64,000 nt of DNA from the NCBI GenBank assembly GCA_035527515.1, contig DATLAJ010000057.1:858-64857 (forward strand), given 5' to 3'. A program made the translations under genes and the position numbers. Source of the DNA: a bacterium. GTDB taxonomy: Bacteria > B130-G9. Below are positions 54,940 through 64,000 of this stretch, one piece after another. Positions within the stretch are counted from its first letter, which is position 1; the number at the start of each line of letters is the position of its first letter. Below the pieces are notes generated by a model. That model was not told the DNA's origin, did not search any database, and saw nothing but the letters and a program-made list of their open reading frames with translations.

Positions 54940-57294
54940 ATGAGCCGAGCCAGACCGATAACTGCTCTCGCCCAGGACCTGGCTGTCCTGGGCTGTCTCC
55001 TCGTTATGCCGGTGTTAATGACACCTCAAGCCGCACAGCCCTTTGTTCGGCCCAAGTGGTTGGCTCTGGAACTGGCCTCTTTCGCTGTTCTCGTCCTGTC
55101 TGCATTTGACAGGCGGAGACGCTCTGCGCCGCTCATGGCCGCTCCGCTCGACCTGTGTGCCCTACTGCTTCTACTCGCGCTTGGCCTCGCCTCGGCAAGG
55201 TCTCTCGGAACATGGACAGGATTGCAGTCTCCCGCTCACATACTCGCACTTTGGGTCATATACCGGACCGTTGCGCAGGGGAACCTGTCTCACGAGCCTC
55301 GAAAGCTCTTTACCGTGGCGCTTGCCCCGGCGCTTTTCTTGTCGCTCGGTGCCATTGCAGCGGTTTTTCTGCGCGATCAATCAGCCTCGCTTCTTAGCGC
55401 TGCGCTGCTGGGTCACGGCAATTACGCTGGGCAGTGGGGCGTGCTCATCCTGCCGATCTCAGCTGCGCTATTCCTGTCGGTTTCTGGCAAAGCCAAGACC
55501 CTCCTTGCCGGCATCGCTTCCGGACTCATCTTGAGCTATCTTCTCATCTCAAACTGCCGAGGGGCGTGGGTCGCTCTGGCGGCAGCGACAGCTCTCGTGT
55601 TGCCTCTTCGGCGAGCCCGGCGAGCATTGAGAGCGACCTCCGGAAAGCGACTCCTGGCGCTGGGCGCGATCGCTGCCTTATCACTCTTATTCTCCGTCAA
55701 GGCTGGCTTCTTAGGCGATCGGCTGCGCTCTTCTTTCGGGCCCAGCGACACGGGTATGAAGTTCAGAAAGCTCACCTGGAAAAGCACACTAAACATGATA
55801 GCGTCCGAGCCACTCCTAGGCGTTGGCTCCGACAGCTTTGCCGCCTATTACCCGCTCTATCGCTCGGACAAGGAGCGATCGCTGTTTACGGAGAGAAGGT
55901 TCGTTAAAAGCCCTCACAACAGCTACCTACTTGCAGCGGCAGAGGCGGGCCCCCTGGGTCTTTTTGCGATCATCTTCTTGGCCGGTGCGGCCCTTCGAGT
56001 GTCGCTTGCATCGGTCAATCGTGCGGCTGATGAGGACCGGATGTTGAGAGCAGGGGCGGCGGTGGCGGTCTGCGGAACGCTCATTCACACTGCCTTCAGC
56101 TTCAATCTGGAGAGTCCGGCCCCGGCGTTTTACTTCTGGGTGTTGGCGGGCGTTCTGTCCTCGCGAGCGAGGTCGGACAGCGCGTGTAGGCCAGCTTCTC
56201 GCCGAAGGCAGGCTACAGGCTTGGGTCTCATACTGCTGGCTGCCGCGTTTTTGGGCACGGTATCTTTCGTTGACGCTGAAAGGATCGTGGCCTCAGCTGA
56301 CGCACGGGCCGGCTCATCGGACAAGCAAGCCGGGGACCTTGCCCGGGCCGAAGAGAGCTTCCGCGCATCGCTGCGACTGTGGCCCGAATCGGCCAACACG
56401 TGCCAGCTGTTAGCAAGGGTGATGATGCAGAAGGGCGATCTGGATGCCTGCCGGAAACTCAACGAACAGGCGCTCGATGTCTGGCCCTACTTCCGGGACT
56501 CGCTGCTGGACCTCGGCCTCGTAAACTGGCGGCAAAATAGGCTTGAGGAGGCGGAGATGTTCATGAGGAAGGCGCTCGATGTCGATCCTGCCTTTATGAG
56601 GGGTCGCATCGCCCTGGGCAACCTATTCGCCTCGCATGGGGACTATGGCTCTGCGATCGAGCAATACAAGTGTGCTCTTGGCCGCAGATGGTCGCGAGAG
56701 CAGGCGCTCTACTACATCGCGGCCGCCAATGCGGCCCAGGGAAAGATGCAAGAGGCACTGCTGGCGGCGGAGAAAGTAGCCTCGAGCAAGCTACTGTTTC
56801 TCGACAAACAACTCACGGCCTCGATAACGGCGGAGACTATCCTGACCACACTATCCCCCGGAGAGAAGTCCTTTTATATTGTCGCAAGGGACCGCGACCT
56901 GTGGCCCGTCTGGAAGAGCAAGACGCCGGGCAGAGCTCGGATTGAGGCATCTCCGCCCACAGTCAAGCTGTTGGTACCCTCGGACGGTGTAACCATTCGC
57001 ACCCGATCGGACGGCGGAATTATAGAGCTCCGGTTCAGGAGGGTGAAGGACTCCCGCGTTCAGGTCTATTCGCTTGCCGTGGACGAACACGGCGTCGAGC
57101 AATCGTTCGATTTCCTTGCCGATGCCGAGTTCCACTCGAAGGCGCTCGCTCTTTATGGTCAGATTCTGGCCGCTCTGGGCGAGACTGACGAGGCAAAACA
57201 GATGCTGCGCGATGCGCTCAGGATAGACCCAAGCAATGCCCAGGCCCGCCAATCGCTGTCCGCAGAACAACAAGCACATGAGACGAGGGATTGA
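54940..57294 (+). CDS. O-antigen ligase (Wzy_C) family membrane protein with a C-terminal TPR-repeat domain.
   Basis: The Wzy_C signature ISNCRGAWVALAAATALVL...SPHNSYLLAAAEAGPLG and about 10 TM helices are present. TPR-like repeats follow in residues ~470-620. Confidence 0.6.
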   Translation: MSRARPITALAQDLAVLGCLLVMPVLMTPQAAQPFVRPKWLALELASFAVLVLSAFDRRRRSAPLMAAPLDLCALLLLLALGLASARSLGTWTGLQSPAHILALWVIYRTVAQGNLSHEPRKLFTVALAPALFLSLGAIAAVFLRDQSASLLSAALLGHGNYAGQWGVLILPISAALFLSVSGKAKTLLAGIASGLILSYLLISNCRGAWVALAAATALVLPLRRARRALRATSGKRLLALGAIAALSLLFSVKAGFLGDRLRSSFGPSDTGMKFRKLTWKSTLNMIASEPLLGVGSDSFAAYYPLYRSDKERSLFTERRFVKSPHNSYLLAAAEAGPLGLFAIIFLAGAALRVSLASVNRAADEDRMLRAGAAVAVCGTLIHTAFSFNLESPAPAFYFWVLAGVLSSRARSDSACRPASRRRQATGLGLILLAAAFLGTVSFVDAERIVASADARAGSSDKQAGDLARAEESFRASLRLWPESANTCQLLARVMMQKGDLDACRKLNEQALDVWPYFRDSLLDLGLVNWRQNRLEEAEMFMRKALDVDPAFMRGRIALGNLFASHGDYGSAIEQYKCALGRRWSREQALYYIAAANAAQGKMQEALLAAEKVASSKLLFLDKQLTASITAETILTTLSPGEKSFYIVARDRDLWPVWKSKTPGRARIEASPPTVKLLVPSDGVTIRTRSDGGIIELRFRRVKDSRVQVYSLAVDEHGVEQSFDFLADAEFHSKALALYGQILAALGETDEAKQMLRDALRIDPSNAQARQSLSAEQQAHETRD

Positions 57295-57336
57295 GCCTTG
57301 TGTGTCCGTCCTGTGATCTCTCGGCCTGACCTGCGC

Positions 57337-58704
57337 TCAGAAGGTGTCCTTGAGCGTGGCGACGCTCATCCCGATGTCTATGAGCCAGCCAATAGCGAAA
57401 AACAGTATCAATGATGCGGCCACAATCGCTCGCCTCTTGGCCAGCCGGTCTGAACCCGCCCTCCTGACGTCCGAGAGTATCTCCTTTCGCCTCAGGATTG
57501 CATACGCTGCGAAGCAGCAAAGAAAAGGCAGGAGCGGATACCGCTGGCGATAGAATAGGAAAGCCACGAATGCGATGGCGCTAAAGTAGCCGAAAAGGAC
57601 AAGTATGAGTTTGAGGTAGAGGTTCTCTTTTTTCATATACACGAAGCCGATCACGGCAAGGGGCAGCAGGAGCAGAAACGGCAGGCCCATGTATGGTCCG
57701 GCGAGGGGAAGCAGCCATTTGGGCACAATGCCATAGTAGCCCTGACGAAGGTTCACGAAGAACGTCCGCTCCAGCGAGTATAGGTTCCACTGCATCCTGA
57801 CGCCCTTGAAGACGAACAGGTGCGGGTTATGAAATATCCATTTGAGCGCGAGCTTCTGGCAGACCTTGCCCAGCTTGAGCTCGTCTATGTGACCATTTCG
57901 GTCCGTCGCCAGCCTGTCCGCCTCATCCTCGCCCGGCTCATCCGACAAGTTGCGAATGATGTAGTAGATACCTGAGTGGTTGTGCTGAAAGAAATCCCAG
58001 CCGACCTTGGTGTTAATTGGGACGAAGGCGTCGAGAACGACGTAGTTGCGGATAGTCCACGGAACGACCGTGGCCAGCATCAGCAGCGTTACGAGGATGC
58101 TTTTTTTGATCATCTCCCTGTCTCGTTTGAAGATGAGAAAGAAGCCGATAACTAGCGGCAGGTAGAATAAACTGATGCTGCGCACAAGAGCGGCAATGCC
58201 AAAGAGTAGGCCTGCGGCGACGAGGCTCGGCCACGAGGCGCCCTTGAGCGTCCGCACAAAGAGGAGCATCGCCAGCAGAAAGAAGAATAGGAAGACGGTC
58301 TCAGTTTGCATTAGGTCGGCGAACTGGACAGACTGGGGGTAGAAGGCGAGTATCCATGCGCCGAGTTTGGCCACCCTTTGGCCGAACATGTGCACGCCGA
58401 GCAGGTATGCAAGGACGACGCTGAGCGCCCCAAGCACAGCCTGAATCAACCTAACCGCGAAAAAACTGTGGCCGAAGAGCCAATATACGCCGGCGAGGAA
58501 GAAGGAGTATCCCGGTGGGATAAACGCCCGGTAGCCGCGCTGCTGAACGCAGAGAAACCCCTTGCCAGCAAGCATTGACCGGGCCGCATAGTCGTAGCCG
58601 TTCATCTCGTGAACGAGCTTCACGTCGGTGTGAATAAAAACGAGCAAGAGCCGCACGATCAGCGAGGCCAAAAAGAGCCAAAGCACCGCCCTATTCTTGA
58701 CCAC
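57337..58704 (-). CDS. Glycosyltransferase family 39 / ArnT-like polytopic membrane protein.
   Basis: The protein has 12-13 TM helices. The N-terminal DxD-like loop HTDVKLVHEMNGYDYAAR and the general architecture fit PMT_2. Confidence 0.5.
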   Translation of the reverse strand: MVKNRAVLWLFLASLIVRLLLVFIHTDVKLVHEMNGYDYAARSMLAGKGFLCVQQRGYRAFIPPGYSFFLAGVYWLFGHSFFAVRLIQAVLGALSVVLAYLLGVHMFGQRVAKLGAWILAFYPQSVQFADLMQTETVFLFFFLLAMLLFVRTLKGASWPSLVAAGLLFGIAALVRSISLFYLPLVIGFFLIFKRDREMIKKSILVTLLMLATVVPWTIRNYVVLDAFVPINTKVGWDFFQHNHSGIYYIIRNLSDEPGEDEADRLATDRNGHIDELKLGKVCQKLALKWIFHNPHLFVFKGVRMQWNLYSLERTFFVNLRQGYYGIVPKWLLPLAGPYMGLPFLLLLPLAVIGFVYMKKENLYLKLILVLFGYFSAIAFVAFLFYRQRYPLLPFLCCFAAYAILRRKEILSDVRRAGSDRLAKRRAIVAASLILFFAIGWLIDIGMSVATLKDTF

Positions 58705-59169
58705 TCGTAGCTCCCAGTGTCAATCCGTTGCTCAACTGTTCATCCGCCCAGCCGTTGTCAATGCTTGATGGAGCGAGATTCTTAGCCTCCCATGGCTCCC
58801 GTTTGACATGGGACCCCGCCGGCGCTGAGGCGAGCGGCACGAGTTGGGCGCAGGCCGGTATGTTACAACTGGCGGACTATGTGCGTCGATGTCGATATGG
58901 TATGAAAACACATTCTGATTACACGTCAATCAGGCTCAGTTTTCAAGCGCAACGCGGCATAGCTTCGACCCATTAACGACGGCGGTAACATGCGTTCCTC
59001 ACGGGTCAACGGAGGGGCTTCGTCTAGGCTGCTCGCTCTCTATCGTTGGGCGTTGTCGCGGCGGCCATGATTGGATTTTGTGAACACCTTTGAGTTACAG
59101 CCACATGCTGGTATTCTCTGAAACGGTCTATTGCGAATCTGCCTTTTTGGTTGATCGGGAGATACGAGA

Positions 59170-61332
59170 TTGCAGGGCAAAAAAATACTCGTTACGGGCG
59201 GAGCGGGCTACCTCGGCTGCCTGCTCTGTCCGCTACTCATTGAGCGAGGCGCCCAGATCCGGGTCTTTGACCGGCTCTATTTTGGCGAGAGCGGCCTGCT
59301 GAGCGTTTTGCAGCGGGACAGTTTCGAGCTAGTCAAGGGGGACGTGCGGTCGATAGAGAAGTTCCCTTGGCTTCTGGACGATGTTTGGGCGGTAGTGCAT
59401 TTGGCGAGTTTGGCGAACGACCCATCTTGCGACCTCTCGCCGACTATGGCCGAGCAGATCAATCACGTAGGGACAGTGAAGCTCGCTCAGATGGCACAGT
59501 CGCGGGGGGTCGAGCGGTTTGTTTTCGCGTCATCTGCGAGCGTTTATGGGGCGTGTGGTGACAAGTTAGTGAGCGAGGTGTCGCCGCTTTCGCCGGTCTC
59601 GCTTTACGCCAGGCTCAAGATCAAATCGGAGCGGGCGCTTTTGGGGATGTCGGACGAGCACTTCGCCGTCACGGTGCTTCGGCAGGCGACGCTCTATGGG
59701 TATTCACCGAGGATGCGTTTTGACCTCGCGATCAACCTGATGACGCTGAGCGCAGTTGAGAAGCACGAGATAATCGTGATGGGCGGCGGCGCACAGTGGC
59801 GGCCGTTTCTGCACGTGAGGGATGCGGCGATTGCGATTGCGACTGTTCTTTCCGCCGAGCGGAATTTGGTGGATTCCGAGGTCTTCAACGTTGGCTCAAA
59901 CGAGCATAATTTCATGATTCGGGACCTGGCGGAGATAGTGGCCGCGGAGGTTCCCGGGACTAGGATTAAGGTTGCGCCGGACGACGCCGATAGGAGGTCA
60001 TATCGAGTTAGGTTCGACAGGATCAAGGAAAGGCTCGATTACAGGGCCAGCTTGTCGCCAGCTGAAGGGGTGAGTGAGATCGTAACGGCGATGCGGGAAG
60101 ACCGTCTGTCCGAGCCTTACAGCAGCAGATACTTCAACGTCATACACTTGAAGCACTTGATGAACATCCCCGTCGCTGAGGGTGGCGAGACTTCGAGGAC
60201 CACCATGCTCAAGAACCGGCTGCCGGCGATCAGCAGCTCGGACAGGGAAAGGCTTTCGGACCGGCTGAAGAGCGTGGCCGACGGCCAACTTGGAGACCCG
60301 ATCGGTGGTTTCGAGAGCTCGCTGCGCGAGACGTTCGAGGTCTCGGCGGCGCTATTGCTGCACTCGCACTACCTCGCTCTTCTAGGGGCTTTCTCGCTTC
60401 TGGACCGCAGTTCATTCAAGCGCATTATCGTCCATCCCTTTGCGGATGCGAGGGTCTATGCCGCCGCCTCGCAGCTGGGGTTGAGCCCGATAATCTGCGA
60501 GATCGATGAGCGGACGCTGTGCTTTGACCTGGCCAAGCTTGAACAGCACGTAGAGAAGGGTGTTTCGGCCATCGTGGCTGGTTCCATACTCGACGTGCCT
60601 GAACCGCTGGAGACGCTCCAGTCGATGGCGGACGAGGCGCGGTGCGCGCTGATTGTTGACGCACACAATCTTTTGGGCGCGACCGTTCTTGACAGAGACA
60701 TCGCGTCTTATGGGTCGGTTGCGGTGCTTGACTTTGGGGTCGATCAGACCGTAACCACGCTTGGCGGCGGTGCCATGTTGCTGGACGATCCGTCACTGAA
60801 AGAGCGGGTTTGGGACTTTCTCGCATGTCGTCTAGCTGAGGGTCCCCAACCGTTTGTGCAGAGGCAGCTGGGGCTAGCCCCGCTCTCTGCAATGCTGGGG
60901 GCATCGAACCTCGAGCGGCTGTACGACACAGCGGCAACCTGTCGCAACTTGCAGGCCGTGTATGACGAGCTGCTATCGGATTCCCCCTATGTCCGGACCG
61001 CTCATCCGCTCGAGGGAACACAGCGATCAGGCAGCCGCTATCCCGTGTTCGTTGATTTTCACAAACTAACCCTTGATGCGTGGCGGGTCGAGCAGCTGAT
61101 GATAGCGGAGAAGGTCGAGGCCTCCCGACCGGGAGATTGTGCGGTCCAGATGGCGATCGCAAGGTCGCGCGGCCAGACCAGGAAGCGGCCAACCAATATC
61201 TCACCAGTGGCGGCGGGATTGCTCTCTCAGCTCATCTTTCTCCCACTTTACTCGGGTATGACAGCCGACGACGTTGCCGATGCCGCCCAGGCTTTGCTGA
61301 AGCTGATAAGCTACTTCGTTCGCTCAGAATGA
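59170..61332 (+). CDS. Two-domain protein. The N-terminal part is an NAD-dependent epimerase/dehydratase (SDR). The C-terminal part is a DegT/DnrJ/EryC1-like aminotransferase-fold domain.
   Basis: The Rossmann motif VTGGAGYLG and a YxxxK-like region are present. The C-terminal ~370 aa resemble the PLP-dependent sugar aminotransferase fold, but the position of the Schiff-base Lys reads DFGVDQTVTT (Gln). Confidence 0.5.
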   Translation: MQGKKILVTGGAGYLGCLLCPLLIERGAQIRVFDRLYFGESGLLSVLQRDSFELVKGDVRSIEKFPWLLDDVWAVVHLASLANDPSCDLSPTMAEQINHVGTVKLAQMAQSRGVERFVFASSASVYGACGDKLVSEVSPLSPVSLYARLKIKSERALLGMSDEHFAVTVLRQATLYGYSPRMRFDLAINLMTLSAVEKHEIIVMGGGAQWRPFLHVRDAAIAIATVLSAERNLVDSEVFNVGSNEHNFMIRDLAEIVAAEVPGTRIKVAPDDADRRSYRVRFDRIKERLDYRASLSPAEGVSEIVTAMREDRLSEPYSSRYFNVIHLKHLMNIPVAEGGETSRTTMLKNRLPAISSSDRERLSDRLKSVADGQLGDPIGGFESSLRETFEVSAALLLHSHYLALLGAFSLLDRSSFKRIIVHPFADARVYAAASQLGLSPIICEIDERTLCFDLAKLEQHVEKGVSAIVAGSILDVPEPLETLQSMADEARCALIVDAHNLLGATVLDRDIASYGSVAVLDFGVDQTVTTLGGGAMLLDDPSLKERVWDFLACRLAEGPQPFVQRQLGLAPLSAMLGASNLERLYDTAATCRNLQAVYDELLSDSPYVRTAHPLEGTQRSGSRYPVFVDFHKLTLDAWRVEQLMIAEKVEASRPGDCAVQMAIARSRGQTRKRPTNISPVAAGLLSQLIFLPLYSGMTADDVADAAQALLKLISYFVRSE

Positions 61333-61521
61333 GTGGACGCGTTTTGGGCCTGGCCGAGACGGCCGTTGGCTCTCACCGGACGAGTATGCTGCATACCAGC
61401 CACGTTGAGGCACCGCTTTCGGGTGATTGACTCACCCCGGGCGTCTTATTATAATTTAGCGGCAGAATCATAATAACGATCAGCGCAATTACAAAATTTT
61501 TAATAAGCGAAAGTGGCAACA

Positions 61522-61761
61522 ATGAAGAGAGCGAGTGGGAATTATATCACTATTTCAAGAACTGGGGGTGAAGAGTGCCATGCCTTCGTGCCCTACCCGC
61601 TGCCTCCGAAGCCACCTCTTGAGATTGATGGCGATCTCCAGGACCTAATTGATCGCGCCCTGCTTGCGCTGGGCCGCCTCGACTACAGGTGCAGCGATTG
61701 TCCCTCGGCGTCAGAAATAATTGGACACGTCATTGAAGTTGCGTCTGCTCCTTGTATGTAA
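61522..61761 (+). pseudogene. Fic-family protein N-terminal fragment (truncated remnant).
   Basis: HAFVPYPLPPKPPLEIDGDLQDLIDRALLALGRLD matches the conserved Fic N-terminal motif (fIP..LP...L...l..a..ALgrLdG). The ORF stops after ~80 aa, with no Fic core (HPFx[DE]GNGR). It sits beside an AT-rich patch. Confidence 0.45.
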
Positions 61762-61892
61762 CCGAAAGGACATAGACTACCCGCCTTCGAGGCACGTCAA
61801 CGTGGTGTTCAAGAAGGCCCGAAGGCTGACAGGCCAGTCCGAGAGACGGCGAAGCTGGGATTTGAAGCAGACGAAAGTGGAGGTAATCACCG

Positions 61893-62648
61893 ATGAAATG
61901 CCCACATTGCGGAATCGAGATCTACTGGGGACAGCGGGGGGCATGTAAAAGTCAGCAAGTCCTCGTTGTTGCGGGTGCCCCCTGGGTTGTTGAGGCTCAG
62001 TGTTGTCCTGCTTGCAGTGAGCCGATCCTACAACTTAGTATTCAAGTGAGAGGTACTAGCCAGTCGCTCCATCGAGATCTGAGTGGGGAGACGAGAACGA
62101 AGATCACAGAGGAGACGCGGCCGCCAGAAATAATAGAAGCGGTAAATGGGAGGCTGCTCTTGTATCCAAAGGGGCGGTTTCGGGAGGCGTGCCCCGAAGA
62201 GGTGCCCGCCGAGGTCGCAGCGGACTACAACGAGGCGTGCAAGGTCATAGATATCAGCCCAACCGCAGCGGCCGCTCTCGCGAGGCGTTGTATGCAGTTC
62301 ATCCTTGTGAAGGCGGGAGGTGCTCCTGAGAAGAAAATGGTCAAAGACAAGTCGGGTGGACAGAGAGAAGTGGATAGCACGCTCTTTGATCAGATAGGAT
62401 TTGTTATCAACAACAAGAGGGCGCCGGAATGGGTGCTTGAACAGCTCCAGCCCACGAGAAAGGTCGGGAATTTCGCGGCTCATGCCAAAAAGGATGTAAC
62501 GGGACAGATCCTCAGGACAGAGCCAGACGAGGCCGAGTGGACGCTTGAGGTACTCAAGACACTGTTTGATTTCTACTATGTGGCTCCCGCAAAGGCCAAA
62601 CAACGGCTATTGGCAGTGGAAAAGAAACAACAGAAGGCAGAAAAGTGA
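61893..62648 (+). CDS. Hypothetical protein with an N-terminal zinc-ribbon (CPHCG...C..C) and a C-terminal DUF4145-like domain.
   Basis: Paired Cys motifs MKCPHCG and CCPACS are present. The C-terminal VGNFAAHAKKD...LFDFYYVAP resembles the DUF4145 R.GN.AAH signature. Confidence 0.4.
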   Translation: MKCPHCGIEIYWGQRGACKSQQVLVVAGAPWVVEAQCCPACSEPILQLSIQVRGTSQSLHRDLSGETRTKITEETRPPEIIEAVNGRLLLYPKGRFREACPEEVPAEVAADYNEACKVIDISPTAAAALARRCMQFILVKAGGAPEKKMVKDKSGGQREVDSTLFDQIGFVINNKRAPEWVLEQLQPTRKVGNFAAHAKKDVTGQILRTEPDEAEWTLEVLKTLFDFYYVAPAKAKQRLLAVEKKQQKAEK

Positions 62649-64000
62649 CAAGTAGTAGCGAGAACGAACTGACGGTCGAGGGGCTGAGGCCCGAGCTGAA
62701 ACGGACGCACTACTGCGGAGACCTCTCGCAGAGCGACGTCGGCAAACAGGTTGTTGTCAACGGGTGGGTGCATAAGGTTCGGGACCTCGGTGGGCTTGTG
62801 TTCGTCGATTTGCGGGACAGAAGCGGCATCGTTCAGCTCGCGGTTGACGTGCAACAAAGGCCCGAGCTGGCGGAGAGATGCAAACAGCTGCGCTCGGAGT
62901 TCGTGGTCTCGGCCGCTGGCAAGGTTGAGCTCAGGCCCCAGGAGACCAAAAGGGATGAGGCGGGCGCGGGAGCGATCGAGGTTCGGCTCGAGTCGCTAGC
63001 CCTTTTCTCAAGAGCCGATGTTCCGCCTTTCGTGATACAGGACGATGTCAAAGCGAAGGACGAGCTTCGGCTGAGGTATCGCTACCTCGACCTAAGGCGT
63101 CCCGTGATGGCCAAGCGGCTGACGACCCGCCACGTCGCGATGCAGGAGACGAGGCGCGTGCTGTCCGAGGCGGGCTTCCTTGAGGTCGAGACGCCCTTTT
63201 TGATAAGAAGCACCCCCGAGGGGGCGCGCGATTACCTGGTCCCGAGCCGTGTCAGGCAGGGCAGTTTCTACGCGCTTCCACAGTCGCCTCAGCTGCTAAA
63301 GCAGCTCCTGATGGTGGGTGGCATCGACCGCTATTTTCAGATCGCACGCTGCTTTCGGGACGAAGATTTAAGGGCTAATCGGCAGCCTGAGTTCACTCAG
63401 ATAGACATCGAGATGTCGTTTGGCGACGAGTCCGACGTTTTCGACGTAGCGGAACGGGTAGTTTGCGCCGTTTACAAGAAAGTCCTTGGCGTCGAGATGA
63501 CCCGTCCGTTTCTGACCATGACATTCGATGAGGCGATGAGTCTGTATGGGTCTGACTGCCCTGACGTTCGGTATGAACTGAAGTTGAGTGATGTTACAGA
63601 GCGATTCCGGGACAGCAGTTTCGTCCCATTTGCCGAAGCTGTGGGAGCGGGAGAGCGCGTCGTGGGCTTGTGCGTCCCGGGTGGGTCTGGCTATTCCCGG
63701 AAGGTCATCGATTCTCTATCGGCAATTGTGCGTCCGCTCGGTGTCTTTGGACTTGTGTGGGTCAAGTTGAGCCCGGACGGGGTCAAGAGCTCTATGAAGA
63801 AGGAGACCGGGGGGTCATTCGCCGAAAGCCTTATCCAGAGCATAGGCGCCAAGCAGGGAGACATGCTGCTTTTGGGTTCGGGACCCAGGCTGAAGCTTCA
63901 GACTGCGATGGGTCGGCTGCGGCAGCATCTTGCGCGGGAGGCGAAGCTCATCCCAGAGGGTAGATACGTCCCGCTGTGGGTTACAGAGTTTCCGCTGTTC
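62644..64000 (+). CDS. aspS: Aspartyl-tRNA synthetase, 3' partial.
   Basis: It has a GTG start. The N-terminal OB-fold reads RTHYCGDL...GWVHKVRDLGGLVFVDLRDRSGIVQ. Class II motifs FYALPQSPQ and RCFRDEDLRANRQPEFTQID are present. The ORF runs off the window end. Confidence 0.85.

Overview
This is a high-GC (~60%) bacterial chromosomal segment. Recognisable housekeeping genes are spoVG, queD, gatB, glgP, hup (HU), alr, mreD-mrdA-rodA, dnaE and a partial aspS. The segment also carries many cell-envelope glycosylation genes (DUF2723-TPR, GT39-like, GT2, GT4, WbqC-like, B12-radical SAM, O-antigen-ligase-TPR) and three giant secreted PQQ beta-propeller / beta-helix surface proteins. A small toxin-antitoxin island holds a HicB-like gene, a DUF4258/DUF2283 pair and a MazEF-like pair. 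A Fic N-terminal gene remnant lies next to a DUF4145-like gene. The standout feature is a ~9.8 kb tandem mosaic array at 8795-18603 built from a two-gene cassette. Gene A is a proline-rich-repeat protein whose C-terminal module carries a Cys-bounded hypervariable loop. Gene B is a ~450 aa beta-propeller (Reg_prop-like) secreted protein or lipoprotein that always ends in C-V-M-I-W. There are two full-length A copies and three 5'-truncated A cassettes, each fused directly after a B stop codon at the same microhomology (gatctggt). Blocks that are 100% identical between copies 9 kb apart sit beside highly diverged segments. Together these point to ongoing gene conversion and cassette-type diversification of a surface or interaction module that I do not recognise as a described system. 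All protein-family assignments come from motif recognition by eye; no database searches were run.
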